Assembly: GCA_017463125.1 (NCBI GenBank)
Contig: JAFTPV010000015.1
Span: 20,113 to 84,112 of the forward strand
From: Clostridia bacterium
GTDB taxonomy: Bacteria > Bacillota > Clostridia > Oscillospirales > CAG-272
Length of the DNA stretch: 64,000 nt
Direction: 5' to 3'
Shown here one piece after another: positions 8,160-17,178 of the stretch. The notes beneath the pieces were generated by a model. It was not told the origin of the DNA. It did no database searches and was given only the letters and a program-made list of their open reading frames with translations. The number at the start of each line of letters is the position of its first letter. Positions within the stretch are counted from its first letter, which is position 1. Both the position numbers and the translations under genes were made by a program.

Positions 8160-8903
8160 TTAAAACTGAAAAATAGGGAACAACTGCCAGAAATCGAGCA
8201 TAAGACCCGAAATCCATGCGATAGCGATTGACAGCATATCCGAAAGGGAGAATATTCCCACGATGTTGTAAAGAATAGAGCTTGTGGCAATAAAAGGAAC
8301 GCTCCTTAATGCTATAGCCACGTAGTCGCCGAGTAGTAACCAGCCGAGAACGCCGTAGTAGATATATCTTTCGTATTTCATAATGCCGAAATATATCTTT
8401 GGCGGGAAAATAACGTTAAGAAGGCGCGAGCCGTCAAAGGGCGGTATCGGCAGAAGATTGAAGACACCGAGTCCTACGTTTACGGACTGGAAAATATAAA
8501 GAAAGATCAAAAGATTTTGAGCAACGGAGAAGCCAAGACTCTCGGCGTCAATATTAGCTTTCGTCAAGGCTACAAGAGAAAATAAATACAGTCCCATCGA
8601 GAAAAACGCGAGAATAAGATTAGAGAGCGGTCCTGCCAGCGCACTTAACGCAAAATCACGCTTCGGGTTCTTGAAATTTCTCGAGTTAATCGGCACGGGC
8701 TTTGCCCAGCCAACGTGGAAAAACAGCATACATAATGCTCCGATAGGATCAAGGTGCTTTATCGGATTAAGAGAGAGCCTGCCGAGATTTTTAGCTGTAT
8801 CATCACCAAGCTTATACGCAGCGTAGGCGTGGGAATACTCGTGTATCGACAGAGTAATAAGCACGGCCATAGCGGTGAGTATCAAAGTTCTGAAATCAAT
8901 CAT
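8160..8903 (-). CDS. site-2 protease family (M50) membrane zinc metalloprotease
   Basis: 247 aa, polytopic. HExxH (HEYSHAY) in a TM helix and a second motif NLLPIPPFDG. Confidence 0.8.
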   Translation of the reverse strand: MIDFRTLILTAMAVLITLSIHEYSHAYAAYKLGDDTAKNLGRLSLNPIKHLDPIGALCMLFFHVGWAKPVPINSRNFKNPKRDFALSALAGPLSNLILAFFSMGLYLFSLVALTKANIDAESLGFSVAQNLLIFLYIFQSVNVGLGVFNLLPIPPFDGSRLLNVIFPPKIYFGIMKYERYIYYGVLGWLLLGDYVAIALRSVPFIATSSILYNIVGIFSLSDMLSIAIAWISGLMLDFWQLFPIFQF

Positions 8904-8954
8904 TATCTTTCTTCCTTATAGATTTTACCGTTTACGTGTAATTTATACGCAAAT

Positions 8955-9557
8955 TTAGTTGGAAATTGCGGAAAAAATCCTATCCCAAACCTCAACCTTG
9001 CCGTCGCGTGTGACGGACGAGAAAGGAATCGGAACTATTCCCGTACCCTTAAAATAATTTTCTTCAAGCTTATCAAGCGCCTCTTTGAGCGCCGTTTTTG
9101 AAAGCTTGTCGGTCTTTGTTGCCACAACAATAAAGTCTATTCCGCGATCTATCATCATATTGATCATCATAATGTCGTCATCGGTCGGACCGGTTCTTAT
9201 ATCGATAAGCTGTACCACGAGCTTGAGGGCGTCTGAGGACGGATTCTTAATAAAATAGTCCTCTGTAAGCGTGCTCCACGAGCGCTTCGAGTCCTGTGAG
9301 CGCTTTGCGTATCCGTAGCCGGGAAGGTCAACGAGGTATATCTTCTTGTCCACATCATAATAGTTTATGGTTATGGTTTTTCCGGGAGCTGACGACACTC
9401 TTGCCAGCGATTTTCTGCCGAGGAGAGTGTTTATCAGTGAGCTTTTACCAACGTTGGATCTACCCGAGAGGGCGATCTGCGGCCTTGGGTCCTTTGGAAA
9501 CTGCTTTTGCGTGCCCACCGTCAAGGCAATATTAGCATTGTTGACGTTGATCTTCAT
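8955..9557 (-). CDS. engB: ribosome-biogenesis GTPase YsxC/EngB
   Basis: 200 aa. G1 GRSNVGKSS, G3 DLPGYG, G4 TKTDK. Located directly after lon, as in Bacillus. Confidence 0.9.
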   Translation of the reverse strand: MKINVNNANIALTVGTQKQFPKDPRPQIALSGRSNVGKSSLINTLLGRKSLARVSSAPGKTITINYYDVDKKIYLVDLPGYGYAKRSQDSKRSWSTLTEDYFIKNPSSDALKLVVQLIDIRTGPTDDDIMMINMMIDRGIDFIVVATKTDKLSKTALKEALDKLEENYFKGTGIVPIPFSSVTRDGKVEVWDRIFSAISN

Positions 9558-9577
9558 TTTTTACATTCCTTATCGTC

Positions 9578-11914
9578 TTAAGATTGAGAAAGAGCTGCCG
9601 TAAGTACATCCGAGGCGGTTTTGCAGGGGATAAAATTAAGATGATTCTTTGCCTCTGTGTCTATATCGTCAAGATCCCTTAAGTTCTCCTCGGGTATGAG
9701 TACTGTGGAGATACCCGCTCTGTATGCTGCGAGGGTCTTTTCCTTGAGCCCTCCGATAGGCAGCACGTTACCGCGCAGAGTTATCTCCCCGGTCATAGCC
9801 ACGTCGCGTTTTACCGGAATGTTACCGAGCGCGCTGACAATAGCCGTAACCATCGTTACACCGGCAGAGGGGCCGTCCTTGGGAATAGCACCCTCGGGGA
9901 AATGGATATGTATATCCTTTTCCTTATAGAAATCTTTATCGATGCTGTATTTTTCGGTAATAGTACGTACGTACGAGTGCGCGATTTTTGCCGACTCCTT
10001 CATAACGTCACCGAGAGAACCCGTGAGCTCAATCTTGCCGCTTCCCGGCATTACGGCAACCTCAACCTTGAGCATATCACCGCCGGACTGCGTATATGCA
10101 AGTCCGTTTACAACACCGACGGGGTCTGATTCGTCAAGCTTATCGGGTAACACCTTGATTTTACCAAGATAATCGGAGAGATTTTTTGCCGTGACCCTTA
10201 CCGATTTCACCTCTCCCTCCGCTATCTTCTTTGCACTCTTTCTGATGAGAGATGCAATCTCGCGCTCAAGGCTTCTGACGCCTGCCTCGCGGGTATATCC
10301 CTTTATAAGCGCCATGATACCGTCGTCTGTTATCTTAAACATTCTGCCGTTTATACCGTTACTCTTCATCTGTTTAGGAACGAGATGGTTTTTTGCAATA
10401 CTCAATTTTTCCGCATCGGTATATGTAGACAGCTCGATTATCTCCATTCTGTCAAGAAGCGGTGCGGGAATACCGTCGTAGTTGTTTGCCGTAGCAATAA
10501 ACAGGGTATCCGAGAGATCTATCGGTATCTCCATAAAGTTATCTCTGAACGATTTGTTTTGCTCCGGGTCGAGAACCTCGAGAAGAGCAGAGGTGGGGTC
10601 GCCCCTGAAGTTTGACGCCATCTTGTCTATCTCGTCAAGGACGATAACGGGGTTTTCAGCATGAGCGTTAATAATAGCCGTAACGATACGTCCCGGCATT
10701 GCTCCGACGTAGGTCTTTCTGTGACCGCGTATCTCAGCCTCGTCGTGCATACCGCCGAGAGATACTCTGGCATACTTGCGTCCAAGAGCTCTTGCCACAG
10801 ACGCGGCAACCGACGTCTTACCAACGCCGGGAGGACCTACGAGGCAGATTATCTGGTTCTTTATATCCGAGGAAAATTGCTTAACTGCCACGAACTCGAG
10901 AATTCTTTCCTTGACCTTCGTGAGTCCGTCGTGATCGGCGTCGAGAATCCTTCTGGCGCTCTCGACGGTTACCGTGTCGTTAGACTTGATGCCGAAGGGA
11001 TAGTCAAGGCAGGTGTCAAGATATGCTCTGATAACCGAGCCCTCTGCAGCGCCATAGGGCGTTTTAGCAAGCTTGGAAAGCTCCTTGTAGAGCTTTTCTT
11101 TAATATCCTCGGGTATCTTGGCTCTGGTTATCTTCTCGTCGTAGTCCTTAATTTCATCGTCTTCGTCGTATTCCCCAAGCTCTGACTGTATAGCCTTTAT
11201 CTGCTCACGGAGGAAATAATCCTTTTGGTTTTTGTCTATCTTGTCGCGAACCTGCTTCTGTATATCGTGCTCGCACTCGAGAAGCATTCGCTCCTCCTCC
11301 AGAGCCACAAGCAGCTTCTCAAGCCTGCTCTTCGGCGTTAGAGCCTCGAGAACAGATTGCTTATTTTTATAGTCGATAACTGCGGAGGACGCAACGAAAT
11401 CTGCAAAATATCCCGGAGCGCTGATAGCCTCCGCTGCTAGTCGTAACTCCTCGTCAAAGGTTGGATGCAGGTTTTTGATCCCTGAAAGAACGTGCTTTAT
11501 CTCGTTCATAAGAGCGTCGCACTGTGTAGAGGGGCGGAAGCTTTCACGCTCCTTTTTTGCAGTAGCCTCCGCGATCATAAAGCCTGACTCAATTCGGATT
11601 GAGTTTACCTTTGCTCTGGAGAGGCCCTCAAAGACGACGGAGAGATTGCCCTGCGGATTTTTAACAACGTGCTTTATCTCCGCAACGACTCCCATTTTGT
11701 ATAGATCCTCGGCCTTTGGCTCCTCAACGCCGAGCTCCTTCTGCGTAACGAGCAGAACTCTCGCACCGTGAACTGTGGCAGCGGCGGTAAACGCCTTAAG
11801 AGAGATTGTTCTCACAATCTCAATGCTCAGCTGCACACCGGGGAAGCCCACCATTCCTCTAAGGGGAATAAGGGGCAGAGTAATATCTTCATATATATCT
11901 ATCTGTTCGGACAT
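9578..11914 (-). CDS. lon: ATP-dependent Lon protease (LonA)
   Basis: 778 aa. N-terminal LON domain, Walker [10 protein letters not shown], and the catalytic-Ser motif [10 protein letters not shown] in the C-terminal protease domain. Confidence 0.95.
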   Translation of the reverse strand: MSEQIDIYEDITLPLIPLRGMVGFPGVQLSIEIVRTISLKAFTAAATVHGARVLLVTQKELGVEEPKAEDLYKMGVVAEIKHVVKNPQGNLSVVFEGLSRAKVNSIRIESGFMIAEATAKKERESFRPSTQCDALMNEIKHVLSGIKNLHPTFDEELRLAAEAISAPGYFADFVASSAVIDYKNKQSVLEALTPKSRLEKLLVALEEERMLLECEHDIQKQVRDKIDKNQKDYFLREQIKAIQSELGEYDEDDEIKDYDEKITRAKIPEDIKEKLYKELSKLAKTPYGAAEGSVIRAYLDTCLDYPFGIKSNDTVTVESARRILDADHDGLTKVKERILEFVAVKQFSSDIKNQIICLVGPPGVGKTSVAASVARALGRKYARVSLGGMHDEAEIRGHRKTYVGAMPGRIVTAIINAHAENPVIVLDEIDKMASNFRGDPTSALLEVLDPEQNKSFRDNFMEIPIDLSDTLFIATANNYDGIPAPLLDRMEIIELSTYTDAEKLSIAKNHLVPKQMKSNGINGRMFKITDDGIMALIKGYTREAGVRSLEREIASLIRKSAKKIAEGEVKSVRVTAKNLSDYLGKIKVLPDKLDESDPVGVVNGLAYTQSGGDMLKVEVAVMPGSGKIELTGSLGDVMKESAKIAHSYVRTITEKYSIDKDFYKEKDIHIHFPEGAIPKDGPSAGVTMVTAIVSALGNIPVKRDVAMTGEITLRGNVLPIGGLKEKTLAAYRAGISTVLIPEENLRDLDDIDTEAKNHLNFIPCKTASDVLTAALSQS

Positions 11915-11968
11915 TTGCTTGTACCTTTCTTTTGCTTAGCGCATAATAGCCCAATTTATCATTTAATC

Positions 11969-11977
11969 ATTATACCA
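11969..11977 (-). promoter_or_regulatory. putative extended -10 promoter element for lon
   Basis: Minus strand reads TGgTATAAT, about 50 nt upstream of the lon ATG. The -35 is weak (TAGATT). Confidence 0.35.
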
Positions 11978-12109
11978 CATAAAATAAAAAAAATCTACCC
12001 CAAATTATAAATTTTACAAAATATTAAAAGCCCATCTGATTAGTTAATAGTGATTAAACCTTAAAATCGGGGATTTTTTCTTTCCCTAGGGAAAGTTTTC
12101 CCATTTTGA

Positions 12110-12138
12110 TTGACTACTTCGATATTTTGTGTTATAAT
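12110..12138 (+). promoter_or_regulatory. sigma-A promoter for ruvC
   Basis: TTGACT (12110-12115), N17, TATAAT (12133-12138), with TGT extended -10. Confidence 0.55.
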
Positions 12139-12181
12139 TAACTATTAGAATTGAGAAAATTATGTTGGGAGGGCGCTTTTT

Positions 12182-12682
12182 ATGAGAATACTCGGCATTG
12201 ACCCGGGGCTTGCTACGGTGGGCTGGGCAGTTATTGAGAGCGGACGTGGTGCCTTGCGTCCCATAGCATACGGCGCAATATTGACACCCGCGCACACGGA
12301 CATAGAGGCGCGTCTCCTGATGATAAAAAGTGATCTCGAAGCAATAATAAGTAAATACGAGCCAGAGGAAATGGCTATTGAGGAGCTTTTCTTTAATACG
12401 AATATAACGACGGGCATTGCCGTTGCGGAGGCTCGTGGCGTTATTCTATGTACAGCTCACTCTATGGGTGTTAAGATTAGCGAATATACGCCCTTACAGG
12501 TAAAGCAGGCGGTCGTTGGCTACGGCAGAGCGGAGAAGCAACAGGTTATCGCAATGGTAACCACTATTCTTAAGCTGAAAAGTCCTCCGAAGCCAGACGA
12601 TACGGCAGACGCGGTGGCAATAGCTATATGCCATTCACAATGTCGCGGCTCGGCGATAGGAAAGTTCTATAATCAGAGGTGA
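12182..12682 (+). CDS. ruvC: crossover junction endodeoxyribonuclease RuvC
   Basis: 166 aa. MRILGIDPGLATVGWAVIE, EELFFNTN, and DDTADAVAIAICH acidic catalytic residues of the RNase H-like RuvC fold. No ruvA or ruvB adjacent. Confidence 0.9.
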   Translation: MRILGIDPGLATVGWAVIESGRGALRPIAYGAILTPAHTDIEARLLMIKSDLEAIISKYEPEEMAIEELFFNTNITTGIAVAEARGVILCTAHSMGVKISEYTPLQVKQAVVGYGRAEKQQVIAMVTTILKLKSPPKPDDTADAVAIAICHSQCRGSAIGKFYNQR

Positions 12683-12843
12683 ATAGCATGAAAGTTCTGC
12701 AACATCTAAACTTTTATCCGGTACGTTTCACGTCCGAATTTTCGTGATTTGGGGCATTATTCCAAATCATCGTGCAAAGCACTATGCCGAAAATTCATCA
12801 AAAAATTGTGCGGTCGCTGTAAGGCGACAGAATGGAGATTAAT

Positions 12844-13722
12844 ATGTGGTTAGCAGATAAATGGAAAGACTATTGCGTCATAGATACCTCCGGCGGAGAT
12901 AAGCTTGAGAGATGGGGTAAATACACCCTCGTCCGTCCTGACCCGCAGGTGATATGGTACACGGATAAAAAAGACCCGCTTTGGCGTACCGCTGACGCAA
13001 GCTATAAGCGCTCGTCCTCGGGGGGCGGCAAGTGGAGTGAGAACAAGCTTCCGGAAAGCTGGGTCATATCCTATGGCGACCTTAATTTTCGTATAAAGCC
13101 TATGGGATTTAAGCATACAGGCCTCTTTCCTGAGCAGGCGGTGAATTGGGATTGGTTCTCGGAGTTGATCAGAAATGCAGATAGACCGATAAAGGTGCTT
13201 AACCTTTTTGCTTACACGGGCGGCGCTACCGTCGCAGCAGCAAAGGCGGGCGCGTCCGTTTGTCACGTTGACGCCTCGAAGGGAATGGTCGCGGCAGCGA
13301 AGGAAAATGCAAGGCTCTCGGGTCTTGAGTCCGCGCCTATCCGATATATTGTAGACGATTGCAAGAAATTCGTTGAGCGTGAGATCCGGCGTGGTAATAA
13401 ATATGACGGAATAATTATGGATCCTCCATCCTATGGCAGAGGACCGACCGGAGAGGTTTGGAAGATAGAGGAAAATATTGACGAATTTGTCGATCTTGTT
13501 TCGGGTGTTCTGTCGGACGAGCCCCTCTTCTTCCTTCTTAATTCCTATACTACAGGTCTTTCTGCCTCTACGATGAAATACATAACTGCAACGCGCCTTT
13601 TGTCAAAAAAGAATGGATATTCCGAGGCAGACGAGCTTGGCTTGCCTGTTAAGAATACAGGACTCGCTCTTCCTTGCGGTTCCAGCGTGCGCGTGGTGTT
13701 TGGCAAAAAAATAAATTTTTAA
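12844..13722 (+). CDS. class I SAM-dependent methyltransferase (RlmI/RlmK-like, no PUA domain)
   Basis: Motif I VLNLFAYTGGATVAAAKAG and motif IV IIMDPPSYG. The ORF-track ATG at 12832 contains the GGAG RBS, so ATG 12844 (MWLADKW) is preferred. Confidence 0.7.
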   Translation: MWLADKWKDYCVIDTSGGDKLERWGKYTLVRPDPQVIWYTDKKDPLWRTADASYKRSSSGGGKWSENKLPESWVISYGDLNFRIKPMGFKHTGLFPEQAVNWDWFSELIRNADRPIKVLNLFAYTGGATVAAAKAGASVCHVDASKGMVAAAKENARLSGLESAPIRYIVDDCKKFVEREIRRGNKYDGIIMDPPSYGRGPTGEVWKIEENIDEFVDLVSGVLSDEPLFFLLNSYTTGLSASTMKYITATRLLSKKNGYSEADELGLPVKNTGLALPCGSSVRVVFGKKINF

Positions 13723-13731
13723 TTGGTGAAA

Positions 13732-14613
13732 ATGAACGATTATATAATAAAAACAGAGTCTTTGAACTTCGTTTATGATGACGAGGACAGTGATATAGTT
13801 AAGCAGGCAACCTCTCCCGCGCTCTCGGATGTGTCGCTTTCGATAAAGCGTGGCGAGTACGTTGCAATACTTGGGCATAACGGCTCGGGTAAATCCACGT
13901 TTGCAAAGCTGCTTAATATGATTCTGACACCAACCTCGGGTAAGATATACATTGACGGTGTTGATATTACCTCGGAGAGCTTTTCCGAAGACGATATGTT
14001 TGATATACGAAGAAAAATAGGTATGGTTTTTCAGAATCCCGATAACCAGCTTGTTGCAACGGTGGTTGAGGAGGATGTTGCCTTCGGCCCCGAAAATTTG
14101 GGTCTGCCCAGAGAAGAGATACGCAGAAGGGTGAACTCCGCGCTTTCGGTTGTAGGCATGACTGATTACGCTCGCCACGCACCGCACAAGCTCTCCGGAG
14201 GCCAGAAGCAGAGGATAGCTATTGCGGGTATTCTTGCAATGAAGCCGGATATAATCATATTTGATGAATCTACTGCTATGCTTGACCCTATGGGGCGCCG
14301 TGACATAGTTGCAATTATGGAGCGTCTTAACAGAGAAGAGGGGATAACTATTCTCAATATTACGCACTATATGGAGGAGGCAGCGAGAGCCGACAGAGTT
14401 GTTGTAATAAACGACGGCAGAGTTGTTCTCGACGGTAGTGCCCGCGATGTGTTTAGTGAGGTTTCTTACCTACATTCCATCGGGCTCGAGGCTCCGCAGG
14501 GCAACGAGCTTATTGATGAGCTACGCAGTGCCGGTCTTGATATAAGCGGCGACGGCCTTACACCCGACGAGGCAACAGAAACACTCTTTAAATTTCTTTC
14601 AAGGAAAAACTAA
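13732..14613 (+). CDS. ecfA1: energy-coupling factor transporter ATPase EcfA1
   Basis: Walker A GHNGSGKST, signature LSGGQKQR, Walker B IIIFDEST. The ORF track starts at TTG 13723; ATG 13732 is more likely. Confidence 0.85.
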   Translation: MNDYIIKTESLNFVYDDEDSDIVKQATSPALSDVSLSIKRGEYVAILGHNGSGKSTFAKLLNMILTPTSGKIYIDGVDITSESFSEDDMFDIRRKIGMVFQNPDNQLVATVVEEDVAFGPENLGLPREEIRRRVNSALSVVGMTDYARHAPHKLSGGQKQRIAIAGILAMKPDIIIFDESTAMLDPMGRRDIVAIMERLNREEGITILNITHYMEEAARADRVVVINDGRVVLDGSARDVFSEVSYLHSIGLEAPQGNELIDELRSAGLDISGDGLTPDEATETLFKFLSRKN

Positions 14614-14615
14614 TA

Positions 14616-15479
14616 ATGAACAGTATCTTGGAGCTTAAGGACGTTTCCTACGTGTACAGTAAGGGAACTCCGTTTGAAAAGGTTGCACTTGATAAAGTAA
14701 ATATCGCGTTTGAAAAAGGAAAAATAACCGGTCTTATAGGCCATACCGGCTCGGGTAAATCAACTCTCGTCGGACTTCTTAACGGACTTAATAAGCCTAC
14801 GGAGGGGACGGTTTTCCTAGACGGCGTTGATATATGGGAAAAACCGAAGGAAATCAGCAGGGTGAGATACAGAGTTGGTCTTGTTATGCAGTATCCCGAG
14901 TATCAGCTGTTTGATGAAACGGTGAGAGAGGATATTGCCTTTGCACCGAAAAATCTCGGGCTTGATGACGTCGAGATTGAAGCCAGAGTAAGAGATGCTG
15001 CGAGCTTTGCGGGAATAGGCGAGGAGCTGCTTGATAAATCGCCCTTTGACCTTTCGGGAGGGCAGAAGCGCCGTGCAGCAATCGCAGGAATAATAGCAAT
15101 GCGTCCCGACGTTCTTGTGCTTGACGAGCCTGCGGCGGGGCTTGACCCAAGGGGCAGGAGCGAAATACTTGGTAGCCTCAGAAAATACGCAGATGATTCA
15201 TCTGCCTCGGTAATCCTTGTCAGTCACTCTATGGAGGATATGGCACACTACTGTGATAATGTTGTCGTTATGGCAGACGGGCGCATACATTCCTCGGGTA
15301 CTGTTGACGAAATATTCTCAGTAGCCGAGAAGCTGTCGAAAATAGGACTTGACGTTCCCTCGGTATCAAAGATTGTGTCGGCACTTGCCGCTCGAGGTAT
15401 AGACCTTAAAGGTAAGCTCTATACGGTTGAGGGCGTTAAGGATGCTATTTTAGAGTATATAAAGGAGGTAAATAAATGA
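14616..15479 (+). CDS. ecfA2: energy-coupling factor transporter ATPase EcfA2
   Basis: Walker A GHTGSGKST, LSGGQKRR, VLVLDEPAAGLD. Second ATPase of the conserved ecfA1-ecfA2-ecfT module. Confidence 0.85.
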   Translation: MNSILELKDVSYVYSKGTPFEKVALDKVNIAFEKGKITGLIGHTGSGKSTLVGLLNGLNKPTEGTVFLDGVDIWEKPKEISRVRYRVGLVMQYPEYQLFDETVREDIAFAPKNLGLDDVEIEARVRDAASFAGIGEELLDKSPFDLSGGQKRRAAIAGIIAMRPDVLVLDEPAAGLDPRGRSEILGSLRKYADDSSASVILVSHSMEDMAHYCDNVVVMADGRIHSSGTVDEIFSVAEKLSKIGLDVPSVSKIVSALAARGIDLKGKLYTVEGVKDAILEYIKEVNK

Positions 15480-16336
15480 TCTCCGATATAACACTAGGTC
15501 AATTTTTCCCGGGATATTCACCTATACACAAGCTTGACCCGAGAACTAAAATAATACTCGCGACCGCGTTTATCGTAGCAGTATTTATGGCAAACAATCC
15601 CGTTTCGTTTCTCCTTTTGACGCTTGGAGCTTTGGTTTTAGTAGCTGTAAGCCGTTTGTCATTTAAGGTTGTATTCAAGGGGATAAAGCCGATAATTCTT
15701 ATTCTTTTATTCACCGCGCTTATAAACGTTTTTATGACAAGCGGAGAGGGAACTCCGTTGTTTGAGCTTGGCATTATAAAAATATATACCGAGGGCATCG
15801 TCAGAGCTGTGTTTATGGCTGTAAGAGTGGTAATACTTATTATTGGTACCAGCGTTCTTTTGACCTATACCACATCTCCGATATCATTAACTGACGGAAT
15901 CGAGTCGCTTCTCTCACCCTTGAAGAAAATCGGCGTACCTGTACACACCTTTGCGATGATGATGTCAATAGCTCTTCGTTTTATCCCTACGCTTGTTGAG
16001 GAAACGGAGAAGATAATGAACGCGCAAAAGTCGCGAGGCGCAGATTTTACAAGCGGAAGCCTCGTAAACAGAGCAAAAGCCCTGATACCGCTTTTGATAC
16101 CTCTTTTCGTGTCATCTTTTAAGCGCGCCGAGGAGTTGGCAACAGCTATGGAGTGCCGCTGTTATCGCGGTGATAAAAACAGAACGAAGCTTGTTAAGCT
16201 TGAGTACAAGGGCCGCGATATCCTTTGGTTTTTGATATTTGCGGCAGCCTTGGCAATCTTGATATTAACAACGGTCTTGCCATACAATCTTGATATATCC
16301 GGTCAGATATACGAAATCGTATTCTATCAAATATAA
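15476..16336 (+). CDS. ecfT: energy-coupling factor transporter transmembrane subunit EcfT
   Basis: 286 aa polytopic CbiQ/EcfT-family protein. Overlaps ecfA2 by 4 nt. Confidence 0.85.
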   Translation: MISDITLGQFFPGYSPIHKLDPRTKIILATAFIVAVFMANNPVSFLLLTLGALVLVAVSRLSFKVVFKGIKPIILILLFTALINVFMTSGEGTPLFELGIIKIYTEGIVRAVFMAVRVVILIIGTSVLLTYTTSPISLTDGIESLLSPLKKIGVPVHTFAMMMSIALRFIPTLVEETEKIMNAQKSRGADFTSGSLVNRAKALIPLLIPLFVSSFKRAEELATAMECRCYRGDKNRTKLVKLEYKGRDILWFLIFAAALAILILTTVLPYNLDISGQIYEIVFYQI

Positions 16337-16355
16337 GCTGTGAGGATATTTTCTA

Positions 16356-17099
16356 ATGAAATATTTTGCTAAAATAAAGTATCTTGGAACAGATTTTCAC
16401 GGCTTTCAGGTTCAGCCGGGATTAAGGACGGTACAGGGGGAGCTATGCAGGGCTCTCGGAGAGGCGCTCGGTTATCCCGCCAAGGTAACCGGTTGCAGCC
16501 GTACTGACGCAGGAGTTCATGCAAACGAATTTTGCATGACTGTTGAAAGCGACGGCGCAACGGTGCCTCCAGATAAGTTGCCGATTGCTGTTGCGAGATT
16601 TCTGCCTAGTGATTTGTCTTTGTTTTTTGCAAACGAGTGCGATCAATACTTTCATCCTCGCTATGACGTAAAGGAAAAAGAATATCTTTACAGAATAATA
16701 AATTCCAGGATTTACGATCCCTTTGAGTACGGCAGAGCATGGTTCGTTTCTCGCCCTATAAGTGAAAAATGTCTTTCACGAATGAATGAAGCAGCAGCTC
16801 ATTTCGTTGGCAAATTTGATTTTTCAGCCTTTATGTCCGAGGGATCTGATACAGAGGATACGGTAAGAGAGGTCAGTTATCTTTCAGTAGAAAAAAACGG
16901 TGATATTGTCGAAATTCGTATACGGGCCGACGGCTTTCTTTATAATATGGTACGTATTATCGTAGGCACGCTTATCGAGGTCGGATTTGGCAGGATTTCT
17001 CCTGATTTTATACCAAAAATTATTGATTCAAAGGATCGCTCTCTTGCGGGAATGACTGCGCCTGCCGAAGGTCTTTATCTCAATCGCGTTATCTATTGA
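16356..17099 (+). CDS. truA: tRNA pseudouridine(38-40) synthase TruA
   Basis: 247 aa. Catalytic-Asp motif GCSRTDAGVHA and FLYNMVRIIVGTL. Follows the ecf module, as is typical for Firmicutes. Confidence 0.9.
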   Translation: MKYFAKIKYLGTDFHGFQVQPGLRTVQGELCRALGEALGYPAKVTGCSRTDAGVHANEFCMTVESDGATVPPDKLPIAVARFLPSDLSLFFANECDQYFHPRYDVKEKEYLYRIINSRIYDPFEYGRAWFVSRPISEKCLSRMNEAAAHFVGKFDFSAFMSEGSDTEDTVREVSYLSVEKNGDIVEIRIRADGFLYNMVRIIVGTLIEVGFGRISPDFIPKIIDSKDRSLAGMTAPAEGLYLNRVIY

Positions 17100-17135
17100 T
17101 TTCCATTTGTTCCAAAATAATTCTGATATAAAAAA

Positions 17136-17178
17136 ATCTCCGGTTGCTAAACTTAATGTTAGTAATCGGAGGTTTTTT
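17136..17178 (+). terminator. terminator-like hairpin after truA that contains the RBS of the PBP gene
   Basis: ATCTCCG (17136-17142) pairs with CGGAGGT (17167-17173), then TTTTTT, then ATG at 17179. The loop is 24 nt with internal CTAA/TTAG pairing. Confidence 0.45.

Noticed and set aside
11915-12181. Heat-shock operators (CIRCE, CtsR box) upstream of lon
   Set aside because: There is no TTAGCACTC-N9-GAGTGCTAA and no tandem GGTCAAA repeats. The only GGTCAAA in the window, comp about 24414-24420, is a single copy upstream of the pot operon.
12683-12843. Small hairpins (TGATTTGG/CCAAATCA, GTCGC/GCGAC) and a 19-codon ORF (12688-12747) between ruvC and the methyltransferase gene; considered as a riboswitch or leader peptide
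   Set aside because: The stems are short and no T-run terminator follows. There is no match to any riboswitch consensus I know, and the mini-ORF has no RBS. Evidence is insufficient.
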